A stretch of 64,000 bases of DNA from Hydrogenophaga intermedia (GTDB taxonomy: Bacteria > Pseudomonadota > Alphaproteobacteria > Rhizobiales > Beijerinckiaceae), in assembly GCA_943370645.1 (NCBI GenBank), contig CALRRR020000012.1:7852-71851 (forward strand), written 5' to 3'. The translations under genes were made by a program, and so were the position numbers. The number at the start of each line of letters is the position of its first letter. The stretch's first letter is position 1. Shown piece by piece: positions 46,534-54,214 of this stretch. Below the pieces are notes generated by a model, which made no database searches, was not told the DNA's origin, and saw only the letters and a program-made list of their open reading frames with translations.

Positions 46534-47100
46534 TCAAGCCCTGCCGCCCGTCACTACCGTGAAGCGTGCACGCCGTTCGTCCGGACCGGCTCCGGCGCGG
46601 GGAAGTCCGGACGGCCAGATAATTCGCATCGAACGGATCTCGATCCGCGTGACGGGATCGCTGCCGAGCCAGGGTGGAACCGTGACCGGTGACAGCGCGC
46701 CCAGCACGCGGGCATGGGTCTTGCCACGATGACGCAGAGGCAGGACTACCATCTCGAAATCAGCCGTCGCTCCTCGGGTGCTCTCGAAAGCGAGTCCCGT
46801 CACTGCGCCGGCCGCTTCGTCCATCACCGCGTCGACCATGCGCAGAAGCTCGATGCGGGTGGCGGTATCGGTCCAGAGCGAGGCGAAGGACCGGTCCTTC
46901 AACTCGCCGCCGAACAGTGCGCACAGGCGTGTTCCGGCCAACCGGAAATTCAGTTCCTCGCGGGCGTTTTCCAGGATGAAGGTGTCGAGCAGCGCATGGC
47001 GCACCGCGCCGGGCTCGATCTCTCCGCGTTCGGGGGCGCTGCGCGAGCCACGAAGGCTGTCCCAATACTGAAAAAGCAATGTTGTGCTCTGGGTCTTCAT
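46534..47100 (-). CDS. PAS_5 / DUF1457-like PAS-fold protein
   Basis: From ATG 47100 it reads MKTQSTTLLFQYWDSLRGSRSAPERGEIEPGAVRHALLDTFILE...FRLAGTRLCALFG...MVVLPLRHRG. This pattern is recalled for the alphaproteobacterial PAS_5 family. Confidence 0.65.
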   Translation of the reverse strand: MKTQSTTLLFQYWDSLRGSRSAPERGEIEPGAVRHALLDTFILENAREELNFRLAGTRLCALFGGELKDRSFASLWTDTATRIELLRMVDAVMDEAAGAVTGLAFESTRGATADFEMVVLPLRHRGKTHARVLGALSPVTVPPWLGSDPVTRIEIRSMRIIWPSGLPRAGAGPDERRARFTVVTGGRA

Positions 47101-47442
47101 CTTGGATCCAAACAGGCTTGGCGACGGTCGCGATGGTTCCTTGCCGGTCCCGGTTGCGCCAGTTTCGTGCCGGACTGGCACAGGGCGCGGGGCCTGCTCG
47201 GGTTCTTGGTCGTCCAGACGCGATGATTATGCCTTTCGGGCCAGCCTGCGCTGCTAACCGTTTGTTAACCTTAACAATCGGTTGCCGTTGCCAATCCGGT
47301 GCTCGGATGGGATCACAGTGTCACACGGATTCTTGGCGCTGCGGACCTCACTCCTTCGCACGGTGCCGGGCACACTCAAGGGTGGCGGTGGTCGTGGCCG
47401 GGCTTCGCAAGGGGACCCAACCGGCTCAGGCAAGCGTCAAAC

Positions 47443-47478
47443 GGGGAGGTTGCGGCGACGCAGCTTCCCCCTTTTTTT
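47443..47478 (+). terminator. Strong orphan intrinsic terminator with no annotated upstream plus-strand gene
   Basis: GGGGAGGTTGCG-GCGA-CGCAGCTTCCCC forms a 12-bp stem with 2 G-U pairs and a GNRA loop, followed by C and then TTTTTTT. It lies 343 nt from the divergent PAS_5 start and 66 nt before rhomboid ATG 47544. Confidence 0.75.
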
Positions 47479-47543
47479 GCCCGTGGCCATCGCAGGGTCG
47501 GCGATGACTTGCGGTGCCGGTCGTCATGGGCAATCGTGGCTCC

Positions 47544-48374
47544 ATGAGTGATCCGGCCATGTCCGGGCCTGCGCCTCCCCGCGAGCCCATGTTCAATCTG
47601 CCCCGCGTTGTGCTGGCCGTCATCGCCGTTCTGGTGGCCGTACATCTGTGGCGGCTCGTCCTTCCCTTCGAAAGTGATCTCGGCATTCTGGCCGAGATGG
47701 CGGTGGTGCCGGCACGGTTTGCGCTCGAATTCGGCTGGCTTGATCAGGCGCGGATCGTGCAAGAGGCCCTGAGCGGGCTCGATGCCCGCCAGTCTGCCGA
47801 GCGCATGGCGGTGGCACGCTATTTCCTGGATGGTGGCGGGCCGCGCTGGTGGAGCCTGCTCAGCTATGGTCTGCTGCATTCGGGCACATCCCACATCGTG
47901 ATGAACTGCCTGTGGCTGGCGATCTTCGGCAGTCCGCTGGCGCGGAGGCTGGGGCTGGGCGGCTTCCTGCTGCTGATCATGATCGGCACGGTGGCTGGCG
48001 CCTTCGCGCACATTGCCGTGCATGCGGCGGATGTCGTGCCGCTGGTCGGGGCCTCGGCGGGCGTTTCCGCTGCCACGGGCGCTGCGGCGCGGTTCGTGTT
48101 TTCCGGCGGAACCGGCCTCGGCGCCATGGGGCAGGATGCCGTGGTGCGTGCGCTGCCGGCGCTGACGCTGCCCGGCATGCTCGGCAATCGCCAGACAATG
48201 ATCTTTGTCATCGTCTGGTTTGTCAGCAACTGGCTGTTCGGGGCGGGCGTGGTGCCGCTTGGCGATGCGGAGCAGTCGATTGCCTGGGAGGCCCACATTG
48301 GCGGCTTTCTGGCCGGCCTGTTGCTGTTTCCACTGCTGGATCGCCATGGCCGGCAGGCCCCGGAGCCGACCTGA
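47544..48374 (+). CDS. Rhomboid-family intramembrane serine protease
   Basis: Has LLHSGTSHIVMNCLWLAIFG and the catalytic-Ser context LVGASAGVSA. The start could be 47514 or 47544. Confidence 0.8.
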   Translation: MSDPAMSGPAPPREPMFNLPRVVLAVIAVLVAVHLWRLVLPFESDLGILAEMAVVPARFALEFGWLDQARIVQEALSGLDARQSAERMAVARYFLDGGGPRWWSLLSYGLLHSGTSHIVMNCLWLAIFGSPLARRLGLGGFLLLIMIGTVAGAFAHIAVHAADVVPLVGASAGVSAATGAAARFVFSGGTGLGAMGQDAVVRALPALTLPGMLGNRQTMIFVIVWFVSNWLFGAGVVPLGDAEQSIAWEAHIGGFLAGLLLFPLLDRHGRQAPEPT

Positions 48375-48520
48375 CTGCCCCGTTCAGGGATGCTGGCAGG
48401 GCTCAGGTATGGCTTGCGGGGTATGCGACTTTCGTCGCAGACTGCTGACGTGGTCGCCATAAACGCCACGCAGGACAAGCGCTCCGGTTTCAACGGTGCC
48501 AGCCACAGGAGGAATTGACG

Positions 48521-48952
48521 ATGAGTGTTGCCAACATTCTGGCCGAGAAGGGCCGCGATGTTCAGACCATCCAGCCGCACCGCACCCTGGCGGAAGCCGC
48601 GCGCATCCTGGCGGAGCGCCGCATCGGGGCTGCCGTCGTGACCGGCGCAGACGGCGCGGTGCTGGGCATCCTGTCCGAGCGAGACATCGTCCGCGCCGTT
48701 TCGGAGGCCGGGCCCGAGGCGCTGGTTGAGCCGGTTTCACGCCGGATGACGGCCAAGGTCATGACTTGCACCGAAGAGTCCACCATTGAATCCGCCATGG
48801 AAGTGATGACCATCGGCAAGTTCCGCCACCTGCCCGTGGTGCAGGGCGGACGGCTCACCGGGATCATTTCGATCGGTGACGTGGTCAAGCGGCACATCGA
48901 GAAGATCGAGGCCGAGACGCGCGCGATGCGTGATTACATCGCCACGGCCTGA
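48521..48952 (+). CDS. CBS-pair domain protein
   Basis: ATG 48521 lies 8 nt after AGGAGG. It has two CBS repeats (IGAAVVTGADGAVLGILSERDIVRAV and FRHLPVVQGGRLTGIISIGDVVK). Confidence 0.8.
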   Translation: MSVANILAEKGRDVQTIQPHRTLAEAARILAERRIGAAVVTGADGAVLGILSERDIVRAVSEAGPEALVEPVSRRMTAKVMTCTEESTIESAMEVMTIGKFRHLPVVQGGRLTGIISIGDVVKRHIEKIEAETRAMRDYIATA

Positions 48953-48959
48953 GGGTCTG

Positions 48960-49943
48960 TCAGCGCAGCACCGGGCAGGCCGCGATGGCGGCGGTGATGT
49001 CGTCGATGGCCCGCTCCGCTGCCATCTGGCCCTGTTCGATGGTCTCCGCCGCGCGGTGGAAATCGAACAGGCCGATCTTGCCAAGGCGGGGCGAGATCAT
49101 CGCATCAGGCGGATCGCCAGCCAGGCGCGAGCGCGAAATCCGGTCCTGCGTGATGTTGAAGGCATCGATCATCACGCCGACCAGTCCCGGTGCCGGGTTG
49201 TCATCGTGCGCGCGGCCCACCAGAGAGCGCACGCGCTGGGCCGCACCCGAGATCGAGGACAGCCAGGTTGCGGAGGGGCGCACATCCAGTTCAGGCGTCA
49301 TCGACGTCTCGTCGCGGTCGGCGCGGTGTGACTGGATGATGGTGCCACGGCCGCCGGCATCGCCGTTGAGGTTGACGCAGATCACCACATCGGCGCCGAG
49401 CGCACGCGCGGCGGAAACCGGGATCGGGTTGACCATGGCCCCGTCCATCAGCCAGCGGCCGCCGAGCTTGACCGGGTCAAACACGCCGGGCAGCGCGTAG
49501 GAGGCGCGCATCGCGTCGACGAGCAGGCCATGGGTCAGCCAGATTTCGTGGCCGGTGCCCAGTTCGGTCGCGATGGCGGCATAGTTGACCGGCAGTTCCT
49601 CGATCTTGATGTCCATCAGTTCGGTGCCGAGCAGGCGCTTGAGGCGGTCACCCGAGATCAGGCCCGAGCCGCCGATGTGGAAATCCATCAGCCCGACCAT
49701 GCGGCGCTTGGTCAGCGAGCGCGCCCAGTCCTCCAGATCCTGAAGGCGGCCTGCGGCAAAGACACCGCCCACCAGAGAGCCGATCGACGTGCCAGCAATC
49801 ACGTCCGGCTTGATTCCTGCCTTGGCAAGAGTCTTGAGCACGCCGATATGCGCCCAGCCACGAGCGGCGCCGCCCCCCAGCGCGAGGCCCAGCCTTGCCC
49901 TGCCCACGGGTGCTTCCTGGCGACCGACTGTCTCAATGTTCAT
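48960..49943 (-). CDS. Patatin-like phospholipase
   Basis: Has GGGAARGWAHIGVL (oxyanion) and GTSIGS (nucleophile), with a DGA-type Asp (LMDGAMVNPIP). Starts at ATG 49943. Confidence 0.85.
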   Translation of the reverse strand: MNIETVGRQEAPVGRARLGLALGGGAARGWAHIGVLKTLAKAGIKPDVIAGTSIGSLVGGVFAAGRLQDLEDWARSLTKRRMVGLMDFHIGGSGLISGDRLKRLLGTELMDIKIEELPVNYAAIATELGTGHEIWLTHGLLVDAMRASYALPGVFDPVKLGGRWLMDGAMVNPIPVSAARALGADVVICVNLNGDAGGRGTIIQSHRADRDETSMTPELDVRPSATWLSSISGAAQRVRSLVGRAHDDNPAPGLVGVMIDAFNITQDRISRSRLAGDPPDAMISPRLGKIGLFDFHRAAETIEQGQMAAERAIDDITAAIAACPVLR

Positions 49944-50177
49944 GGTGTCTCCGCCCCCTCCAAGCCCGAAGGCGCGGCGCGCAATCCTGTCCCACAGCAT
50001 GGCATCGTTCCCCCGAACCGCCGGAATGCTGCCAGAATCGCGCCAAATGCACGACAGGCCGTTAACGCACCGCTTCCGCTGTCGCTGATAGCGCCGGCAT
50101 TTGACGATATGGTGTCTGTTTCATTGTTGGCCGAGCTGTGAGCCGCGATACTGCCTGCGCATCTGCCCGATTGCCGC

Positions 50178-50558
50178 TCAGTTGCAGATGACCAGCGGAC
50201 GCAGGGCGACCTCTCCGGTCCCGGTCGGCTGGAGCCTGTAGAAGCAGCTCTTCCGGCCCGTGTGGCAGCAGCCGCCATCGCCGGCGACCTTGACCCTGAG
50301 CCAGATCGCGTCCTGATCGCAGTCGATCCGCATCTCGACCACTGTCTGGATCTGGCCCGAGGTATCACCCTTGTGCCAGAGCGCCTGCCGTGAGCGCGAC
50401 CAGTACCAGGCCTCGCCACTCTCGATCGTGCGTGACAGGGCTTCGGCATTCATGTGCGCCACCATCAGCACCTCGCCGCTGTCGGCCTCGGTGGTGACAC
50501 AGGTGATCAGACCCGCGGCGTCAAACCTGGGGGCCAGCACGAGGCCCTCTTCGAGCAT
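50178..50558 (-). CDS. hisI: Phosphoribosyl-AMP cyclohydrolase
   Basis: Has [12 protein letters not shown]...[40 protein letters not shown]...[10 protein letters not shown]. The track start at 50615 is a TTG inside the folE terminator, so I prefer ATG 50558. The start remains uncertain. Confidence 0.85.
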   Translation of the reverse strand: MLEEGLVLAPRFDAAGLITCVTTEADSGEVLMVAHMNAEALSRTIESGEAWYWSRSRQALWHKGDTSGQIQTVVEMRIDCDQDAIWLRVKVAGDGGCCHTGRKSCFYRLQPTGTGEVALRPLVICN

Positions 50559-50612
50559 CTGCTTGCTCGTTGCCTTCTCAAAGCTGTTCACGCCGCGAAC
50601 CCTCGTCCCATG

Positions 50613-50637
50613 CAAAAACGCGCCGTTTCCGGCGCGT
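50613..50637 (-). terminator. Intrinsic terminator of folE
   Basis: The minus strand reads ACGCGCCG-GAAA-CGGCGCGT followed by TTTTT, giving an 8-bp perfect stem and a GNRA loop. Confidence 0.75.
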
Positions 50638-50696
50638 CGGGACGTTAGCGATGCCGTCCCGTTGCGTCAAAGCCGCGTCGGGACGTCAGTCTGCGC

Positions 50697-51395
50697 TCAC
50701 AGGGCCATGCGCAGGGATGGCGACTTCACCATGGTGAAGAACTTGACCTGCTCGGCGGGTTCCTTCTCGAACACGCCGCGATACTGGGTGGTGATGGTCG
50801 ACGAGCCATGCTTCTGCACGCCGCGCATCGACATGCACATGTGCTCGGCCTCGATCAGGACGGCCACGCCGCGGGGCTGCAGCACCTCGTCGATGACGTT
50901 GGCGATCTGTGCTGTCATCGTTTCCTGCGTCTGCATGCGGCGCGCGTAGGTGTCGACGACACGGGCGAGCTTGGAGAGGCCGACCACGCCCTTGGACGGA
51001 TAGTAAGCGATGTGTGCCTTGCCGACGAAGGGCACCAGATGGTGCTCGCAGTGCGAATAGAACGGGATGTCGCGCACCAGCACGATATCCGAATAGCCAT
51101 CGACCTCCTCGAACACGCGGTCGAGAATGTCATGGGCGTCTTCGTCATAGCCCTTGTAGAATTCCTTGAAGGCCTTGGTCACGCGCTTGGGCGTGTCGAG
51201 CAGTCCCTCGCGGGATGGATCGTCGCCAGCCCACAGGATCAGCGTGCGCACGGCGGCTTCGGCTTCCTCGCGCGTGGGCTGGCGCAGAAGGAACTGGTCG
51301 TTCTTCGAGGCCATGTGTGCCGACGCGCTGGCCTGCGCCGACGCGGCAACCGCTGGCGAAACGACGAGGGCAGAGGGCTTAACCACGGGGTTCAT
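50697..51395 (-). CDS. folE: GTP cyclohydrolase I
   Basis: Has [29 protein letters not shown] and [14 protein letters not shown]. The start is either ATG 51395 (MNPVV) or 51419 (MSKKGRRH). Confidence 0.9.
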   Translation of the reverse strand: MNPVVKPSALVVSPAVAASAQASASAHMASKNDQFLLRQPTREEAEAAVRTLILWAGDDPSREGLLDTPKRVTKAFKEFYKGYDEDAHDILDRVFEEVDGYSDIVLVRDIPFYSHCEHHLVPFVGKAHIAYYPSKGVVGLSKLARVVDTYARRMQTQETMTAQIANVIDEVLQPRGVAVLIEAEHMCMSMRGVQKHGSSTITTQYRGVFEKEPAEQVKFFTMVKSPSLRMAL

Positions 51396-51553
51396 GTGGC
51401 GCCTACCTTTCTTGGACATTGGACTTTGGTTTACGTGGTCATGTCCGAGGCAGACCACAAGGCGCGGCGCTTGGCCGCAAGCAGCCGGGCTGCGAGGGCC
51501 GGCGCGGCAAGGCTCTCGCCATCGGGCAGGCATGCTCCTATATTGGCGTCATC

Positions 51554-52012
51554 ATGCTCTCAGAAGTCTACAACAGGCGCATTCTCGAACTCGCCGCCCA
51601 TATTCCCCGCATCGGGAGGCTGGGAAACCCGGATGCCACGGCTGTGGCCCATTCGCGGCTGTGCGGTTCGAAGGTCACCGTCGATCTGGCGATGCAGGGC
51701 GATGTGGTCAGCGATTTCGCTCATGACGTGAAGGCCTGTGCGCTCGGGCAAGCGTCGTCCTCGATCATGGCGCAGCACGTGGTCGGCTCCAGCGCTGCCG
51801 AACTCAGGGCCTTGCGCGAGACCGCGCGGCGGATGCTGAAAGAGGGCGGTGATCCGCCCGAGGGCAAGTGGGCCGACCTTGCGGTGCTTCTGCCAGTGCG
51901 CGACTACAAGGCGCGTCATGCCTCGACGCTGTTGACGTTCGATGCCGTGGTCGATGCCATTGGCCAGATCGAGGCGCGCCGCGCCGGCAATCCCGCCCCC
52001 AATCCAGCCTGA
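51554..52012 (+). CDS. NifU/IscU-N-like iron-sulfur scaffold-family protein
   Basis: From ATG 51554 it reads MLSEVYNRRILELAAHIPRIGRL...SRLCGSKVTVDL...VKACALGQASSSI. Confidence 0.65.
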   Translation: MLSEVYNRRILELAAHIPRIGRLGNPDATAVAHSRLCGSKVTVDLAMQGDVVSDFAHDVKACALGQASSSIMAQHVVGSSAAELRALRETARRMLKEGGDPPEGKWADLAVLLPVRDYKARHASTLLTFDAVVDAIGQIEARRAGNPAPNPA

Positions 52013-52019
52013 GCAGACC

Positions 52020-52427
52020 ATGGAAACCGTTTCCGCCCACCTCGCCGCCGCCGGCCTTTATGTCGGCCTGCTGATCCTGATGGGGATCGTGCTGCAAATC
52101 CGCGTGATCCGCCTGCGCCGCTCGAAGCTGATCGGCATCGGCGACGGTCAGGACAAGGAACTGGCCCGTGCGATCCGCGTCCACGGCAACTTCGCCGAGA
52201 ACGTGCCGGTCGCGCTCGCAGGGCTGATTATGCTGGCCCTGATCGACGCGCAGGCCATCGTGATCCACGGGGTTGGTATCCTGCTCCTGACTGGCCGGGT
52301 GCTGCACGCCATTGGCCTCACCGGCTCTGCCGGGTCGAGCAAAGGGCGCGTCGGCGGCATGATCCTGACCTTCACCGCCCTGATCGTGACGGCGCTGGCG
52401 CTGATCGTGATCGCGATCTGGCGCTGA
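52020..52427 (+). CDS. MAPEG-family membrane protein
   Basis: 135 aa with 3-4 TM segments and HGNFAENVPVALAGL. Confidence 0.65.
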   Translation: METVSAHLAAAGLYVGLLILMGIVLQIRVIRLRRSKLIGIGDGQDKELARAIRVHGNFAENVPVALAGLIMLALIDAQAIVIHGVGILLLTGRVLHAIGLTGSAGSSKGRVGGMILTFTALIVTALALIVIAIWR

Positions 52428-52445
52428 GGATGTGAGGGCAGACGC

Positions 52446-52862
52446 ATGAGCCCCACAAGGCGTGCCGCCCATTATGCGATCCGGGGCTATCAGCTTTCGT
52501 TCTCGGCGTTCGTGGGCCGTCAGTGCCGGCATTGGCCCTCGTGCTCGGAGTATACCGACGAGGCCATCCAGAAGCATGGGGTCTGGGCCGGCTCGTGGAT
52601 CGGGCTCGCGCGCATCTGCCGGTGCAACCCCTGGGGCACTGACGGCATCGATCTGGTCTGCGAGGAGTTGCCGGAAGGCGCCACCGCGCTGATGCCGTGG
52701 CGCTACGGACGCTGGCGCGGCGTCAGCGGGCCACCTGCCGAAACCGGCGAGGTTGCGCCGTTGCAGGATGGCAGCACCATCAGCGCCGCGGGTTCGGACC
52801 GACGCTCACCAGACCCGGACGGGAATCGCAGCGTCGCGCCAGTTCCGGCAGGAAACGGTTGA
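52446..52862 (+). CDS. yidD: Membrane protein insertion efficiency factor YidD, with a long C-terminal tail
   Basis: Has AIRGYQLSFSAFVGRQCRHWPSCSEYTDEAIQKHG...CRCNPWG. At 138 aa it is longer than the roughly 85 aa I expect. The last 83 nt overlap the convergent gene. Confidence 0.8.
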   Translation: MSPTRRAAHYAIRGYQLSFSAFVGRQCRHWPSCSEYTDEAIQKHGVWAGSWIGLARICRCNPWGTDGIDLVCEELPEGATALMPWRYGRWRGVSGPPAETGEVAPLQDGSTISAAGSDRRSPDPDGNRSVAPVPAGNG

Positions 52863-54018
52863 GCGACGCGTCATAAAGGCTGCCCGAGCGCGCCGGTTGT
52901 CCGGCCGCAGCCGGAATCAGGTCGAGCTTCCGGTTCTGGGCGGCATCCTCGAAGACCTTGCGAGGGATGCTGCGCCTGATCCACAGATCATTGCCCTGTG
53001 TCGTGATCCGCAGGGTGCGGCCCGGCGCGCGCAGGATGTAGTCCCAGCCGCCCGAATCGAACCGAACATTGTCGAGCCCGATGCCTGCCTGTCCTGACTG
53101 GCGCGTCATCACCTGGCGATAGGTGACAACATAGAAATTGCACACCACATCGCATTCGAGCAGCAATTCGTGATCGACGGCCATGCGCCCGTCTTCCAGG
53201 AGGCGGCCGCTGCGGATGAGTTGCGGGCGTGATGAGGGCGCACTGATCGACCAGATCGCGGCGATCGGCCCGGTGATCTCGCGAGGCGCGACGCTGGCCA
53301 GCTTGATGTCGCGCATTTCCGCGCTGGTGATGCGCCGCATCGCGCCCTTGAAGCTGGCCTCGGTCATGATTTCCAGGAAGCGGGCCGCGACGCCCATTTC
53401 TGCGACATAGACCGCATGCCGCGCCATGGTGCGCTGGGTCTGTTCGATGTCCCTGAGGCCGAGATCAGCGCGCGCCTTGTTGCCCTCCGCATCAAGCTCG
53501 ACACTGAACATGTGGACATTGACGGTGGCATCTTCCGAAACGAAGCGCTCGACACCGGCCATCAGCAGCAGCACGCAGGCTGATGAGCAGCCGACATCAC
53601 GCGTCAGCACCGCATCCTTGTCGCCGACTGTGATCGTGCGCCCAACGGTGGTGTTCATCTTGGCGGCCCGGATGGCGCGGCCAAGTGCCATGGCGGCATT
53701 GACCCGACCGCCGGTGGAGTCGAGCACGACTGTCAGCCCATCCACATTGTTGGCCTTGCGGAAGGCGGCGAACTGGGTGGCGCTGTTGGACTGGATCTGG
53801 CCGGTAGCGCTGATCCAGCGGCTCGCGCCGCGCGGGCCGTTGCCCTCGGCGAGGCGGAAGGCCATCGGCTCACCGGACGGCGAATAGGTCTGGGCCGGCG
53901 GGGTTGTGGCAGGTGCCGCACCTTGGGCCAGGGCAGGCTGCGCGCCCGGTGCCGCAAGGCCCGTCACAAGGGCGACAAGCCCGGCTATGGCGAGAGATCG
54001 GGCGATGGCGGGGAACAT
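52780..54018 (-). CDS. Secreted conserved hypothetical protein (ClpP/crotonase-like periplasmic module plus a C-terminal unknown domain)
   Basis: I prefer the start at ATG 54018 (MFPAIARSLAIAGLVALVTGLAAPGAQPALA, a signal peptide). The middle region reads LDSTGGRVNAAMALGRAIR...CSSACVLLLMAG, which resembles the COG3904-type predicted periplasmic proteins I recall. The track ORF extends to 54522, but that extension overlaps the thrS start. Confidence 0.45.
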   Translation of the reverse strand: MFPAIARSLAIAGLVALVTGLAAPGAQPALAQGAAPATTPPAQTYSPSGEPMAFRLAEGNGPRGASRWISATGQIQSNSATQFAAFRKANNVDGLTVVLDSTGGRVNAAMALGRAIRAAKMNTTVGRTITVGDKDAVLTRDVGCSSACVLLLMAGVERFVSEDATVNVHMFSVELDAEGNKARADLGLRDIEQTQRTMARHAVYVAEMGVAARFLEIMTEASFKGAMRRITSAEMRDIKLASVAPREITGPIAAIWSISAPSSRPQLIRSGRLLEDGRMAVDHELLLECDVVCNFYVVTYRQVMTRQSGQAGIGLDNVRFDSGGWDYILRAPGRTLRITTQGNDLWIRRSIPRKVFEDAAQNRKLDLIPAAAGQPARSGSLYDASLNRFLPELARRCDSRPGLVSVGPNPRR

Positions 54019-54214
54019 CACGCTTGTTTGGCCTGTGGCTGTCTTGTATGGCCCATGCAAGGTGTTGGCTGTTTCAGCCGAATGCAAGCCCCTTCGCTGC
54101 CGCCTTGCCAGCACGGCCAGACCATCCCGGGCGCGGGTCTGTCGTCGGTGATCACATGCGCGCCTGGACTGTCTTACGGGGTTCGTATCCCCGAGTGAGC
54201 AGGAGATGAGCCCC

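Noticed and set aside
54121-54205. A complete tRNA-like fold or tRNA gene in the thrS leader
   Set aside because: Only a T-arm-like hairpin is present. I could not find a complementary acceptor stem for the 3' flank (AGTGAGC) or a D or anticodon arm.
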